A stretch of 64,000 nucleotides of DNA from Actinomycetes bacterium (GTDB lineage Bacteria; Actinomycetota; Acidimicrobiia; Acidimicrobiales; Bog-793): assembly GCA_021809805.1 (NCBI GenBank), contig JAJZKA010000001.1, positions 15,246 to 79,245 on the forward strand. Direction: 5' to 3'. The position numbers were made by a program, and so were the translations under genes. Of this stretch, positions 19,585 to 29,196 are shown piece after piece. Numbering within the stretch: the stretch's first letter is position 1; the number at the start of each line of letters is the position of its first letter. The notes below the pieces were generated by a model. The model saw nothing but the letters and a program-made list of their open reading frames with translations, was not told the DNA's origin and made no database searches.

Positions 19585-20943
19585 ATGGAGCGGCGGATCT
19601 TTGGCCTCGAGAACGAGTACGGCGTCACCTGCACGCTGCGGGGCCAGCGCCGCCTCTCACCCGATGAGGTGGCGCGCTACCTCTTCCGCCGAGTGGTCTC
19701 TTGGGGACGCTCCTCGAACGTCTTTTTGGAGAACGGCGCCCGGCTCTACCTCGACGTCGGCAGCCACCCCGAATACGCGACGCCCGAGTGCGACTCAGTG
19801 GAGGACCTCGTCGCCCACGACAAGGCAGGGGAGCGGATCCTCGAGGGGCTGGTCGCCTCGGCCGAGGCGCGCCTTCGCGACGAAGGGATCCGCGGCGTCG
19901 TCTATCTGTTCAAGAACAACACCGATTCGGCCGGTAACTCCTATGGCTGTCACGAGAACTACCTGACGAGCCGGCGAGACGACTTCACGCACTACGCCCA
20001 GGTGCTCATCCCCTTCTTGGTCACCCGCCAGATCTACGCCGGGGCGGGCAAGATCCTCCAGACCGCACGCGGCGCCACGTACAGCATGAGCCAGCGCGCC
20101 GAGCACATCTGGGAGGGCGTCTCGTCCGCCACGACGCGCTCGCGCCCGATCATCAACACCCGCGACGAGCCGCACGCGGACGCCGAACGGTACCGGCGGC
20201 TGCACGTGATCGTCGGCGACTCGAACATGAGCGAGTACGCCAGCTTCTTGAAGATCGGGGCGACGAACATCTTGTTGCGCATGCTCGAGGACCCGGGCGT
20301 GGTGCTGCGGGATCTGACGCTCGAAGACCCGATCCGGGCGATCCGCGAGATCAGCCACGACCTCACCTGCAAGCGCAAGGTGCGCCTCGCCAACGGCCGG
20401 GAGGCGAGCGCGCTCGACATCCAATCTGAGTACCTCACCCGGGCGCTGCGCTACGCGGAGAGCCGCGGCCTGCCCCCGCTCGATCAAAAGGCGCTCGACA
20501 TGTGGCAGCACTGCATTCAGACCATCGAAAAGGACCCCTTCCTCCTCGATCGGGAGTGCGACTGGGTGATCAAGCACCGCCTCGTCGAGGCGATGCGCAG
20601 CCGGGACGACCTGCCCCTCGGCCATCCAAAGCTTGCCCTGTTGGATCTGCAATACCACGACGTCAGCCGCGAGCGCGGCGTGTTTTACCGCCTGCAGTCC
20701 CGTGGCGCGGTCGAGCGCTTGATCACCGACGAGGCGATCACCCGGGCGATGGAGCAGCCGCCCCAGACGACCCGGGCACGACTTCGCGGCGAGTTCATCC
20801 GCCGCGCGAAGGAGCGCCGCCGCGACTTCACCGTCGACTGGGTCCATCTCAAGCTGAACGACCAGACCCAGCGGACGGTGCTGCTGAAGGACCCCTTTCG
20901 CGCGCACGACGAACGGGTGGAGCGGCTGATCGAGGCGATGTAG
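19585..20943 (+). CDS. pafA: Pup-protein ligase
   Basis: Starts at ATG 19585 ([14 protein letters not shown]). Contains [11 protein letters not shown]. Roughly 450 aa. Confidence 0.9.
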   Translation: MERRIFGLENEYGVTCTLRGQRRLSPDEVARYLFRRVVSWGRSSNVFLENGARLYLDVGSHPEYATPECDSVEDLVAHDKAGERILEGLVASAEARLRDEGIRGVVYLFKNNTDSAGNSYGCHENYLTSRRDDFTHYAQVLIPFLVTRQIYAGAGKILQTARGATYSMSQRAEHIWEGVSSATTRSRPIINTRDEPHADAERYRRLHVIVGDSNMSEYASFLKIGATNILLRMLEDPGVVLRDLTLEDPIRAIREISHDLTCKRKVRLANGREASALDIQSEYLTRALRYAESRGLPPLDQKALDMWQHCIQTIEKDPFLLDRECDWVIKHRLVEAMRSRDDLPLGHPKLALLDLQYHDVSRERGVFYRLQSRGAVERLITDEAITRAMEQPPQTTRARLRGEFIRRAKERRRDFTVDWVHLKLNDQTQRTVLLKDPFRAHDERVERLIEAM

Positions 20944-20969
20944 GGCGTCCCGCTAGGTAGCATGAGCGC

Positions 20970-21434
20970 GTGCTCGGCAGTCTGGATCCGGCGAAGATCC
21001 TCGTCATCTTGGTGTTCGCGCTCGTCGTGGTCGGTCCCCAGCGCCTCCCCCAGGCGGCCCGACAGCTCGCCACCGCTTGGAAAGAGCTGAGCCGCATCAG
21101 AGATACGGTGCGCGAGGAGATCCGCTCAGCGCTCCCGGACCTGGGCCTGGACGAGCTCGACCTCCCCCACCTCCCGAAGAACCCCTCGGCCGCCGTCGGC
21201 GGGTTCGTGCGCGACCTCGCGAGCGGCTTGAGCAGCACCGAGGCAGCCAACGGCGCGGAAACGGCCGATGCTGAAGCGACGGCATCGGGCGCCGATGCGG
21301 GCGTGCCCGCCACCCGGCGCAGGCCGGTGCGGGTTGTATCGGGCAGCCGGCTGCCCGAGCGAGGAAGCCTCGTGGTCGCCGAGCCGTCCCGGGGTGAGCT
21401 CGGCGTGGTCCTCGACGACCCGTCGATGAACTGA
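20970..21434 (+). CDS. Twin-arginine translocase TatA/TatB-family protein
   Basis: N-terminal ILVILVFALVVVGPQRLPQAARQL followed by an amphipathic helix and a long acidic/Ala-rich tail. GTG start. Lies upstream of tatC. Confidence 0.75.
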   Translation: MLGSLDPAKILVILVFALVVVGPQRLPQAARQLATAWKELSRIRDTVREEIRSALPDLGLDELDLPHLPKNPSAAVGGFVRDLASGLSSTEAANGAETADAEATASGADAGVPATRRRPVRVVSGSRLPERGSLVVAEPSRGELGVVLDDPSMN

Positions 21435-21441
21435 GCGAGCG

Positions 21442-22188
21442 GTGGCAACCTTGACCCGCCGAAGCTCTGAGCGACCCGATCCCGATCAGATGACCCTGGT
21501 GGCGCGCCTCGCCGAGCTGCGCCGGCGCCTCATCGTCTCGCTCGTCTTCTTCGCCGTCGCGGTGATCGTGGCCTACGTCCTCTACGGGCACATCTTGAGC
21601 CTGCTCACCCACCCCTACTGCGTCCTGCAGCCCCACCACTGCAACCTCGTCGTGCTGGCGCCGCTCGATGGCTTTGGGATCCGCCTCGACATCGCCGGCT
21701 ACGGCGGCTTGCTGCTGGCCTCACCGGTGCTGATGTGGCAGCTGTGGCGCTTCATCACCCCGGGGCTCAAGGCGAGCGAGAAGCGCTACGCCATCCCCTT
21801 CGTCGCCGCCAGCGTCGGGCTCTTTCTCCTCGGGGCATTTGTCGCCTGGCTGACGTTCCCTCACGCGCTCGGCTTTTTGAAGGCGGTCGGCGGCAAGCAG
21901 CTGACCACCTTCTACACCGCGCAGAAGTACCTGAGCTTGATCTTGTTGTTGATGGGGGTCTTCGGTGCCACCTTCGAGTTCCCGGTGCTCTTGGTCGCGC
22001 TCGAGCTCGCCGGGGTTCTCAGCCCGCAAAAGCTCGCTCACTTCCGGCGTTGGGCGATCGTCGTCATCGTGTGTGTGGCGGCGATCGTCACACCGAGCTC
22101 GGACCCCTTCTCGATGCTCGCCCTGGCGATCCCCATGATCCTCTTCTATGAGGTGTCGATCCTGATCGGACGGCTGGCAAAACGGTGA
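21442..22188 (+). CDS. tatC: Twin-arginine translocase subunit TatC
   Basis: MTLVARLAELRRRLI start, six hydrophobic segments and TPSSDPFSM. Confidence 0.9.
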   Translation: MATLTRRSSERPDPDQMTLVARLAELRRRLIVSLVFFAVAVIVAYVLYGHILSLLTHPYCVLQPHHCNLVVLAPLDGFGIRLDIAGYGGLLLASPVLMWQLWRFITPGLKASEKRYAIPFVAASVGLFLLGAFVAWLTFPHALGFLKAVGGKQLTTFYTAQKYLSLILLLMGVFGATFEFPVLLVALELAGVLSPQKLAHFRRWAIVVIVCVAAIVTPSSDPFSMLALAIPMILFYEVSILIGRLAKR

Positions 22189-24344
22189 GTGACGCGCCGA
22201 GAGCGCTTCGCCAGCGCTTCCTCGGCGAGCGGCCGTTCCCCCTCGATCCCTTCCAGCTCGCCGCGCTCGACCACCTCGACGCCGGGCGCTCGGTGCTGGT
22301 CGCCGCGCCGACGGGCTCGGGCAAGACGCTCGTCGCCGAGTACGCAGTCGCCCAAGCCCTCGAGGCCGGCGGCCGCGCGTTTTACACGACGCCGTTGAAG
22401 GCGCTGTCGAACCAGAAGTACGGGGACTTCGTGGACGCGTACGGAGCCGGCTCGGTCGGGCTGTTGACGGGTGACAGCTCGATCAACGGTGGGGCACGCA
22501 TCGTGGTGATGACCACCGAGGTGCTCCGCAACATGATCTACGCCGACCCTGAGCAGCTCAAAGGCCTGCGCTGTGTCGTCCTCGATGAGGTGCACTACCT
22601 CGAGGACCCCTACCGCGGAGCGGTCTGGGAAGAGATCATCTTGTCCGCCCCGGCACCGATCGCCTTGGTCTGCCTGTCCGCGACGGTTTCCAACGCCGAG
22701 GAACTCGCGGGCTGGATCGCCACGGTGCGGGGTGCGACGGGCGCGGTGATCGAGGATCACCGGCCAATCGAGCTGCGCAACCTCTACGTCGTGGGCGACC
22801 GCTCGGCTGAGCGCCTCCACGTGTTGCCTACCTTCGTCGGTGCCCTGCCCAATCCCGAAGCGCTTGGCTTGGACCGCCAGGCGCGCCGCATCACCCGTCG
22901 TGGGCCCCGGGGGCGGCCGGCGGGGCGGGCACGGCTGTACCGGCCACGGCGCGTGGATGTCGTCGAGCGGCTCGGCGAGGAGGACCTCCTCCCGGCGATC
23001 CACTTCGTCTTCTCCCGCGCGGGCTGTGACGATGCGGTCCGTCACTGCCTCGATGCCGGCGTGCGGCTGACGAGCCCCGAGGAGCGCACGGCGCTGCGGG
23101 AGATCGCCGAGCGCCACGTGGAGGATCTCTCCGATGCCGATCTGCGCGTGCTGGGTTACGGGCGCTTCGTGTCCGGCCTTGAGGCCGGGGTGGCTGCGCA
23201 CCACGCCGGCATGGTCCCGGCCTTTCGCGAGACGGTCGAGGAGTGCTTCGCCAAAACACTCGTCAAAGTGGTCTTTGCCACCGAGACCCTGGCGCTTGGC
23301 ATCAACATGCCGGCGCGCACCGTGGTGATCGAGAGTCTCTCGAAGTACTCCGGCGCGGGCCACGTGGATCTCACCGCCGGGGAGTACACCCAGCTCACCG
23401 GGCGCGCTGGCCGCCGCGGGATCGACGCGGTGGGCTATGCAGCCGTGCTGTGGTCGCCGTTCCACACCTTTGAGGAGGTCGCTGCGCTGGCGAGCTCGCG
23501 CAGCCGCCCGCTGCGCTCGTCGTTCCGCCCGACCTACAACATGACGGTCAACCTGGTGCGCCGGTATGAGCGCGACGCCGCGTACCGGTTGGTGCGCTCC
23601 TCGTTCGCGCAGTACCTGAGCGAGGTGCCGCTCACCCGCCAGCTCGATGCCGTGGTCGGCGTGCTCGGCCGGCGCGGGTATCTGAGCGGCTGGCGGGTCA
23701 CCCACTCCGGCGAACGCCTGGCCGGCCTCTACCACGACTGCGATCTGCTGATCGCCGAGGCGCTCGGCGAAGGGCTCTTTGACGGCCTGGACCCCGCCAG
23801 TCTCGCGGCGCTGGTTTCCTGTTTCATCTACGAGCCGCGACGCAACGCGCCGGGATCGGCGCTCCCCAACGCCAAGGTGGCGCGCCGGTACTCCGAGCTC
23901 GAGCTGCTCGCCGCGGACCTTCGCCGAGACGAGGCCGCCGCCGCCCTGCCCCAGACACGCCAGCTCGATCCGGGATTCTCCGGCTTCGCCTTCGAGTGGT
24001 CGCGCGGCGGAGACCTTCGCCGGGTGCTGAGCGGGCGAGACGAGCGCCGTTCGGAGCGCGAGCTGCCGCTTTCAGGTGGCGACTTCGTGCGCAACATCAA
24101 GCAGCTGGTCGACCTGCTCGGCCAGATCGGGGGCGTGGACGCGCAGAGCCGGACGGGCAAAGTGGCCCGCCAGGCGGCCGAGTCGCTCGTGCGCGGTGTG
24201 GTCGCCGCCTCGGCGGTCGCCCCGCATCTCGCCGCGAGCCCTGGGGCCGCTCCCGAGCCGGAAGAAGCCGCCGGACGCCGCCCCGCCGCGGGCCCAGGTC
24301 ACCTCGAGCCCGCGTCCTTCGAGGTCGGAGACGATCCCCGTTAG
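22185..24344 (+). CDS. Ski2-like DEAD/DEAH-box helicase (HelY-like)
   Basis: Motifs APTGSGKT, VLDEVHYL and SAT. The tatC-helicase order matches mycobacteria. Confidence 0.85.
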   Translation: MSDAPRALRQRFLGERPFPLDPFQLAALDHLDAGRSVLVAAPTGSGKTLVAEYAVAQALEAGGRAFYTTPLKALSNQKYGDFVDAYGAGSVGLLTGDSSINGGARIVVMTTEVLRNMIYADPEQLKGLRCVVLDEVHYLEDPYRGAVWEEIILSAPAPIALVCLSATVSNAEELAGWIATVRGATGAVIEDHRPIELRNLYVVGDRSAERLHVLPTFVGALPNPEALGLDRQARRITRRGPRGRPAGRARLYRPRRVDVVERLGEEDLLPAIHFVFSRAGCDDAVRHCLDAGVRLTSPEERTALREIAERHVEDLSDADLRVLGYGRFVSGLEAGVAAHHAGMVPAFRETVEECFAKTLVKVVFATETLALGINMPARTVVIESLSKYSGAGHVDLTAGEYTQLTGRAGRRGIDAVGYAAVLWSPFHTFEEVAALASSRSRPLRSSFRPTYNMTVNLVRRYERDAAYRLVRSSFAQYLSEVPLTRQLDAVVGVLGRRGYLSGWRVTHSGERLAGLYHDCDLLIAEALGEGLFDGLDPASLAALVSCFIYEPRRNAPGSALPNAKVARRYSELELLAADLRRDEAAAALPQTRQLDPGFSGFAFEWSRGGDLRRVLSGRDERRSERELPLSGGDFVRNIKQLVDLLGQIGGVDAQSRTGKVARQAAESLVRGVVAASAVAPHLAASPGAAPEPEEAAGRRPAAGPGHLEPASFEVGDDPR

Positions 24345-24375
24345 TGGGCCCGTGGTCTTCTAATCTTCATCGGGC

Positions 24376-26037
24376 ATGACCGGGCACCCCTACGCCGCCG
24401 AGTCCTTCACGCCCGAAGAGCGCGAGGTGCTCGCGCACTACGTCACCAACCTCGACGGGCCCGTGTTCGCCCTGGTGAACCTTCCCGAGGTGGTGATGGG
24501 GGCGCTCTTTGCCCGCTACTCACGCTCGGCCAAGAGCTTGCGCCGCCTCTTTCTGGACGAGTTCGTCGACGACCTCGACGTCAGCGGGGACGCCACGATG
24601 GATGCCAGTGTCGGGCTGCGCCGGGCCGAGGAGCTCTACGCCCGGGTCTTCGGCGAGTACGGCGATGACTCGGTCGCCCAGCTCGGCGGTGTCCACCTCG
24701 CCTGCGAGCAGGCCTCGAACGTCCTCACCAAAGTGCTCGAGCGCGGCCGGCTCATGAGCTACCTCGAGCAATCGACGCGTTATGTGCCCTATGACAGCCG
24801 GATGCCAACGGGGCACTACCGCTACTACCGTGATCCCGAGCTGCTCGAGTCGCCCTATGGCGCCCGATTCGTCGGCGACATGGACCGGATGTTCGACACC
24901 TACGCCGGCTTGCTCGAGCCGCTGAGTGAGCACCTGCGCCGGGTGCACCCTCCCCGCGGGGACATCTCACCGATCGCCTACCGTCAGTCGATCCGGGCCC
25001 GCGCCCTCGACGCGCTGCGCGGGCTCCTGCCCGCCGGATCGCTCTCCAACGTCGGGATCTACGGCTCGGGCCAGTCCTTTGAGCTGCTGCTGTTGCACCT
25101 GCGCGATCATCCCCTGCCCGAGGCGCGCCACTACGGCGCGCTCATGCTCGCCGAGCTGCGCAAGGTGATCCCCTCGTTCCTCACCCGAGTGGACCGACCC
25201 GACCGCGGGGTGGCGTGGGCCGACTACCTCTCGGGCCGGCGCGAGGAGATGGCGGCGCTCGTCGCGTCGTGGTGGCCTGAGGAGTCGGTAGCCGACGCGC
25301 CGATGCGCGGCGGCCTCCCGGGCGCGGGGAACTGGTCGGTCGACCTCGTCGACTTCGATCCGGCCGGCGAGGACAAGGTGCTTGTCGCGTGTTGTTATCC
25401 CTATGTGACCTGTGCTGAGCGCGAGCTCGAGCGGGCTGTCGCCGGGCTCTCGCCCGAGGCACGCGCGGCGTTGATGTCGGCCTATGTCGGCGAGCGGGCC
25501 AACCGGCGGCACCGGCCGGGGCGAGCCTTCGAGCGCACCGGGTATCGCTTCGACATCGTCAGCGACTACGGCGCGTTCAGGGACCTCCAGCGCCACCGCA
25601 TGCTCACCGTCGAGTGGCAGCCGCTGTCGACGGAGCTTGGCTGGTCTATCCCCGAGCTCATCGTCGAGGCGGGCCTCGCCGATACCTACCTCGCCTCGCT
25701 CGAGCGTTCCTTCGAGCTCCATGCGCTCTTGGCGCCGCACTTTGGCGAGGCGGCGCGCTACGCGATCGCGCTGGGTTTTTTCGTCCGCTACTCCCTCGAC
25801 TGCTCGGCGCGCGAGGCGATGCACATCATCGAACTGCGCTCGAGCCCCCAGGGGCATCCCACCTACCGCCGAATTGCCCAGGAGATGCACCGCCTGATCG
25901 CCGAGCGCGCGGGCCACCGGGCGATCGCGGCCGCCATGAGCTTCGTCGATCACACGAGCCCCGACCTCGGCCGCCTTGCGGCCGAGCAGCGTGCCGCGCT
26001 GCGCAAGCTCGGCATCGCCCAGGCGAGCACGCCGTGA
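24376..26037 (+). CDS. Double-length ThyX-family (FAD-dependent thymidylate synthase-like) protein
   Basis: 553 aa. The C-terminal half carries the ThyX-type FRDLQRHRMLT and ELRSSPQGHPTYRR blocks. The N-terminal half has only a degenerate FARYSRS. Confidence 0.7.
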   Translation: MTGHPYAAESFTPEEREVLAHYVTNLDGPVFALVNLPEVVMGALFARYSRSAKSLRRLFLDEFVDDLDVSGDATMDASVGLRRAEELYARVFGEYGDDSVAQLGGVHLACEQASNVLTKVLERGRLMSYLEQSTRYVPYDSRMPTGHYRYYRDPELLESPYGARFVGDMDRMFDTYAGLLEPLSEHLRRVHPPRGDISPIAYRQSIRARALDALRGLLPAGSLSNVGIYGSGQSFELLLLHLRDHPLPEARHYGALMLAELRKVIPSFLTRVDRPDRGVAWADYLSGRREEMAALVASWWPEESVADAPMRGGLPGAGNWSVDLVDFDPAGEDKVLVACCYPYVTCAERELERAVAGLSPEARAALMSAYVGERANRRHRPGRAFERTGYRFDIVSDYGAFRDLQRHRMLTVEWQPLSTELGWSIPELIVEAGLADTYLASLERSFELHALLAPHFGEAARYAIALGFFVRYSLDCSAREAMHIIELRSSPQGHPTYRRIAQEMHRLIAERAGHRAIAAAMSFVDHTSPDLGRLAAEQRAALRKLGIAQASTP

Positions 26038-26372
26038 TTGCGAAAGCGTCACAGAAATGTCGCTTGACGTAACGTCCCGGCCGCGCCTCAATGGTGGGCG
26101 TCCCGCATTCTGGCGACCCTCGTCGCGGAGCATCCGTCAATGCTCCCGGTCGCGTGGAGTGGGGCAGTTGCGCAGGAGCGGTCCGGAGGGCTGAGTAGAC
26201 AACGCGGCGGCTCGCCCGCAGCGGCGCCAAAGGCTCTCCGGACCGATGCACCGGGCGCGTCGGCGCGTGCCGTCAACATGTGACGCGAGCAGAGCGGGTC
26301 GCGGGCCGTATAGTGACCGCGCCCAAGGGCCGGCAGGGCTCCAGGAATCAGTTCGAGCGACATGAGGACGGA

Positions 26373-26867
26373 ATGGCGAGCGAGGCGGACGACGGTCTCG
26401 AGGCGGAAAGCCTCGACGAGGAAGAACTCGGCGACCTCGGTGAGGATCTCCCCGACGATCTCGAAGACGAACTCGGCGATGACCTCGATGAAGAGGATGT
26501 CGACGAGGACGAGGAAGATGAAGAGGTCGGCGAAGAGGACGAGGGAGACGGACCGGAGGAGACCGCGTCGGCGCGGCCGCGACCAGCCGGCGAGAGCGAG
26601 AGCGATGAGGACGAGGAGGAGGAGCTCGACGACGATGACGTCGAGGCGAGTCTCGATGTCATCTTGAAAGAGCGCCTGGTCGTCGAGGACGAGGACGAGG
26701 AGTCCGACGACGAGGACGAGGTCGTCGACGTCGAGGACCGAAGTGACGGTTCCGGCCGGGTGCTGCCCAAGCAGCCGGGCGAGTTCGTCTGCCAGTCCTG
26801 CTTCCTCGTCAAGAGCCAGACCCAGCTCGCCGACCGGACGAGGATGCTCTGCAGGGACTGCGTGTGA
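26373..26867 (+). CDS. DUF4193-like acidic protein with C-terminal zinc-ribbon
   Basis: Long D/E run followed by FVCQSCFLVKSQTQLADRTRMLCRDC. ATG 26373 chosen. Confidence 0.7.
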   Translation: MASEADDGLEAESLDEEELGDLGEDLPDDLEDELGDDLDEEDVDEDEEDEEVGEEDEGDGPEETASARPRPAGESESDEDEEEELDDDDVEASLDVILKERLVVEDEDEESDDEDEVVDVEDRSDGSGRVLPKQPGEFVCQSCFLVKSQTQLADRTRMLCRDCV

Positions 26868-27391
26868 TGCCGGGCGACCAGCAAGGAGAGGAGCGCAAGG
26901 CGCTGATTGACCAGGTGCTCGAGGTGGCCGTCTACGTCCCCCTCGGCGCCGCGTTGAAGGTGGCCGAGCAGGTCCCCGAGCTCGCGGCCACCGGCCGCTC
27001 CGTGGCCGGCCGCCAGATCGACAACGCGCGCATGATCGGGCGGGTCGCCGTCGAAGCGGCGCGCCGCAGCGTGGGGACGCGCATGGGGCGCACCGGGACG
27101 CCGGTCGAGCCAGGCGCCACCTCAACAGCGCCAGAGCCGCCACGCGCCGAGCCGGTTGAGCGGGAAGCGACGCCCCCGGCGCACCACGAGGCGGCCGCGC
27201 CGCCCGCGGGGTCCGAGCTCGCCGTCGCCGGCTATGACACCCTGGCGGCTTCCCAGATCGTGCCGCTGCTCGCCGGGCTGTCCGGTGCCGAGATCGAAGA
27301 GATCCGTCGCCACGAGGAGGCGACCCGGCGCCGCCGGACCGTGCTCGGCCGCATCGCCCAGCTCCAAGCAGAGCGCCACCACGGCGCCTGA
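26864..27391 (+). CDS. Conserved hypothetical protein
   Basis: GC3-rich frame. C-terminal block GYDTLAASQIVPLLAGLSGAEIEEIRRHEEATRRRRTVLGRI. Its start overlaps the preceding stop. Confidence 0.5.
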   Translation: MMPGDQQGEERKALIDQVLEVAVYVPLGAALKVAEQVPELAATGRSVAGRQIDNARMIGRVAVEAARRSVGTRMGRTGTPVEPGATSTAPEPPRAEPVEREATPPAHHEAAAPPAGSELAVAGYDTLAASQIVPLLAGLSGAEIEEIRRHEEATRRRRTVLGRIAQLQAERHHGA

Positions 27392-27410
27392 GGGCCCCGA
27401 GACCGCTCGG

Positions 27411-27842
27411 CTGGCCGTTCCAGCCGACCTTGGACGCCTGAGCGCGCTGTTTGGCGAAGCGCTCGCCGCGCTCGCGGCGCACCGGGGTGGCGCAGCCCTG
27501 CTCGCCTCGCTCCCAGAGGGCCTCGATCGGCGCGAGCGCCTCGCCGGCCTGGGCGAGCGGGTCGTGCTCCTTGCGGGGTGCTATGAGGGCGTGGTGGTGG
27601 GCGCAGCCGCGCTTGAGCTCCTCGGCGGGCGCGCGGTCCTCGCTCCCCTCTACGTCGAGCCCGGGGCGCGCGAGGTGGGGGTCGGGCGCTGCCTGCTCGA
27701 GGTGGCCAGCCGCTTTGCGGCGCACGCCGGCGCCATCGCCCTCGACGTTCCTGCGCTGCCTGGCGACCGGGAGACCAAGGCGCTGCTCGAGCAGTCGGGT
27801 GGGCGCGCCCGGCTGGTGATCATGGAACGAGCGCTCCGCTGA
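27411..27842 (+). CDS. GNAT-family N-acetyltransferase (start codon unresolved)
   Basis: Motif A-like YVEPGAREVGVGRCLLE. The domain begins at about ARLAVPADL. No in-frame ATG/GTG/TTG occurs between the upstream stop (27391) and 27560. The listed start is nominal. Confidence 0.55.
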   Translation: MAVPADLGRLSALFGEALAALAAHRGGAALLASLPEGLDRRERLAGLGERVVLLAGCYEGVVVGAAALELLGGRAVLAPLYVEPGAREVGVGRCLLEVASRFAAHAGAIALDVPALPGDRETKALLEQSGGRARLVIMERALR

Positions 27843-29154
27843 GCTGTCGGGCCCCGACGAGCTCGCCCCAGCGCCGCCATAACAGGATCGCACGGGCACC
27901 CATCCACATGGCGAGCCCCAGCCACAGGCCCACGAGGCCGAGCTCGGGGGAGGCGGCGGTGGCGAGCGCGAGGGGAGCGAAGGCGAAGAGCGCGAGGACC
28001 ATGGCGCGCCGCAGGCGTGCGTAGTCGGCGGCACCGAGCACGAGGCCGTCGAGCACATACGCGAGCGCGGCGAGTGGCTGTTGCGCACCACAGCACACCA
28101 GTGCCAGCGAGGCCTGGCGCTGAACGGCCGGGTCGCTCGTGAACAGCGGCGGGATTAGGGGCGCCAGGGCCATCGTGGAGATCCCCGCCACGATCCCAGC
28201 GGCGAGGCCGAGACGGAGCACCCGACCGCCGAGGCGTCGTGCCGCGTCGCGCCCGCCGGTCGCGAGCGCCTCGCTGACAAAGACCTGCGCGGGAACCGCC
28301 AGCGCGTCGAGTCCGAGGGCGAGGAGGTTCCACAGCGCCATTGCGATCTGGTGGCCGCCGAGGCGGGTGATGCCGAGCCGTCCCGCGACCGCGGTGGCGG
28401 CGAGGTAGACGACGCCAAGGGCGATCGTGCGCACGCTGAGCGGTGCGGCGGCCTGTGCCAGCTCGCGGAGCTCAAGGGGACCAGGCCGTCGCGGGACGAT
28501 CGCGGCGCGACGGGCGGCGAGGAGAAACCAGGCAGCTGAGAGGTACTGGGCGGCGACCGTCCCCCACGCCGATCCCGCCACACCGAGGTGGATGACGTCC
28601 ACGAGGAGGACCTCGAGCACCACGTTGGCGATGTTCGCTCCAAGCGCGATGCGAAGCGGCCGCCGGGTGTCAGCGAGCCCGACGAGGTGCCCGTTGCCGC
28701 CGAGCGTGATGAGGAGCCCGGGCAGGCCAAGCGCGGCGATACCGAGATAGGTGACGGCAGCGGAGTGGACGCTGGCGTCATGATGGCCGCCGAGCGCGCT
28801 CGCGAGGGCGGGGGCGGCTGCCTCCAGCGCAACGAGCGCGGCCAGGCCGAGAACTCCCGCCGCCACGTAGGCCGCGCCGGCGGCGCGGGCCGCGTCGTCG
28901 CGGCGTCCCGCGCTGCGTTTGGCGGCCACGGAAGACACAGTCGCCATCTGCAAGAAGCCGGCCGCCCAGCCGACGAGATTCAAGGCGGCGGTGGCGACCG
29001 CAAGGCCGCCGAGCGGCGCCGCGCCGAGATGTCCAACGATGGCCGAGTCGACGAGGTTGTAGAGCGGCTCGATGACGAGCGCGCCGAATGCCGGGAGCGC
29101 GAGCGCGAGAATTCGGCGGTCGGTAGCGCTCAGTTTCGGCCGGAGACGGCCCAT
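27820..29154 (-). CDS. MATE-family efflux transporter
   Basis: LALPAFGALVIEPLYNLVDSAIVGHLG and about 12 hydrophobic segments. Confidence 0.85.
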   Translation of the reverse strand: MGRLRPKLSATDRRILALALPAFGALVIEPLYNLVDSAIVGHLGAAPLGGLAVATAALNLVGWAAGFLQMATVSSVAAKRSAGRRDDAARAAGAAYVAAGVLGLAALVALEAAAPALASALGGHHDASVHSAAVTYLGIAALGLPGLLITLGGNGHLVGLADTRRPLRIALGANIANVVLEVLLVDVIHLGVAGSAWGTVAAQYLSAAWFLLAARRAAIVPRRPGPLELRELAQAAAPLSVRTIALGVVYLAATAVAGRLGITRLGGHQIAMALWNLLALGLDALAVPAQVFVSEALATGGRDAARRLGGRVLRLGLAAGIVAGISTMALAPLIPPLFTSDPAVQRQASLALVCCGAQQPLAALAYVLDGLVLGAADYARLRRAMVLALFAFAPLALATAASPELGLVGLWLGLAMWMGARAILLWRRWGELVGARQLSGALVP

Positions 29155-29196
29155 CGCCGAACCGGCCGTGCGCGGGCGCGGTGCCGGCGCACGGCG

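Noticed and set aside
22146-23735. 529-aa minus-strand ORF
   Set aside because: It is antisense to the HelY-like helicase (APTGSGKT/DEVH present on the plus strand) and has no motifs of its own.
26088-28091. 667-aa minus-strand ORF spanning four plus-strand genes
   Set aside because: It is a composite antisense frame with a low-complexity R/P/S/A translation. It is incompatible with the supported DUF4193-like, GNAT and MATE gene models.
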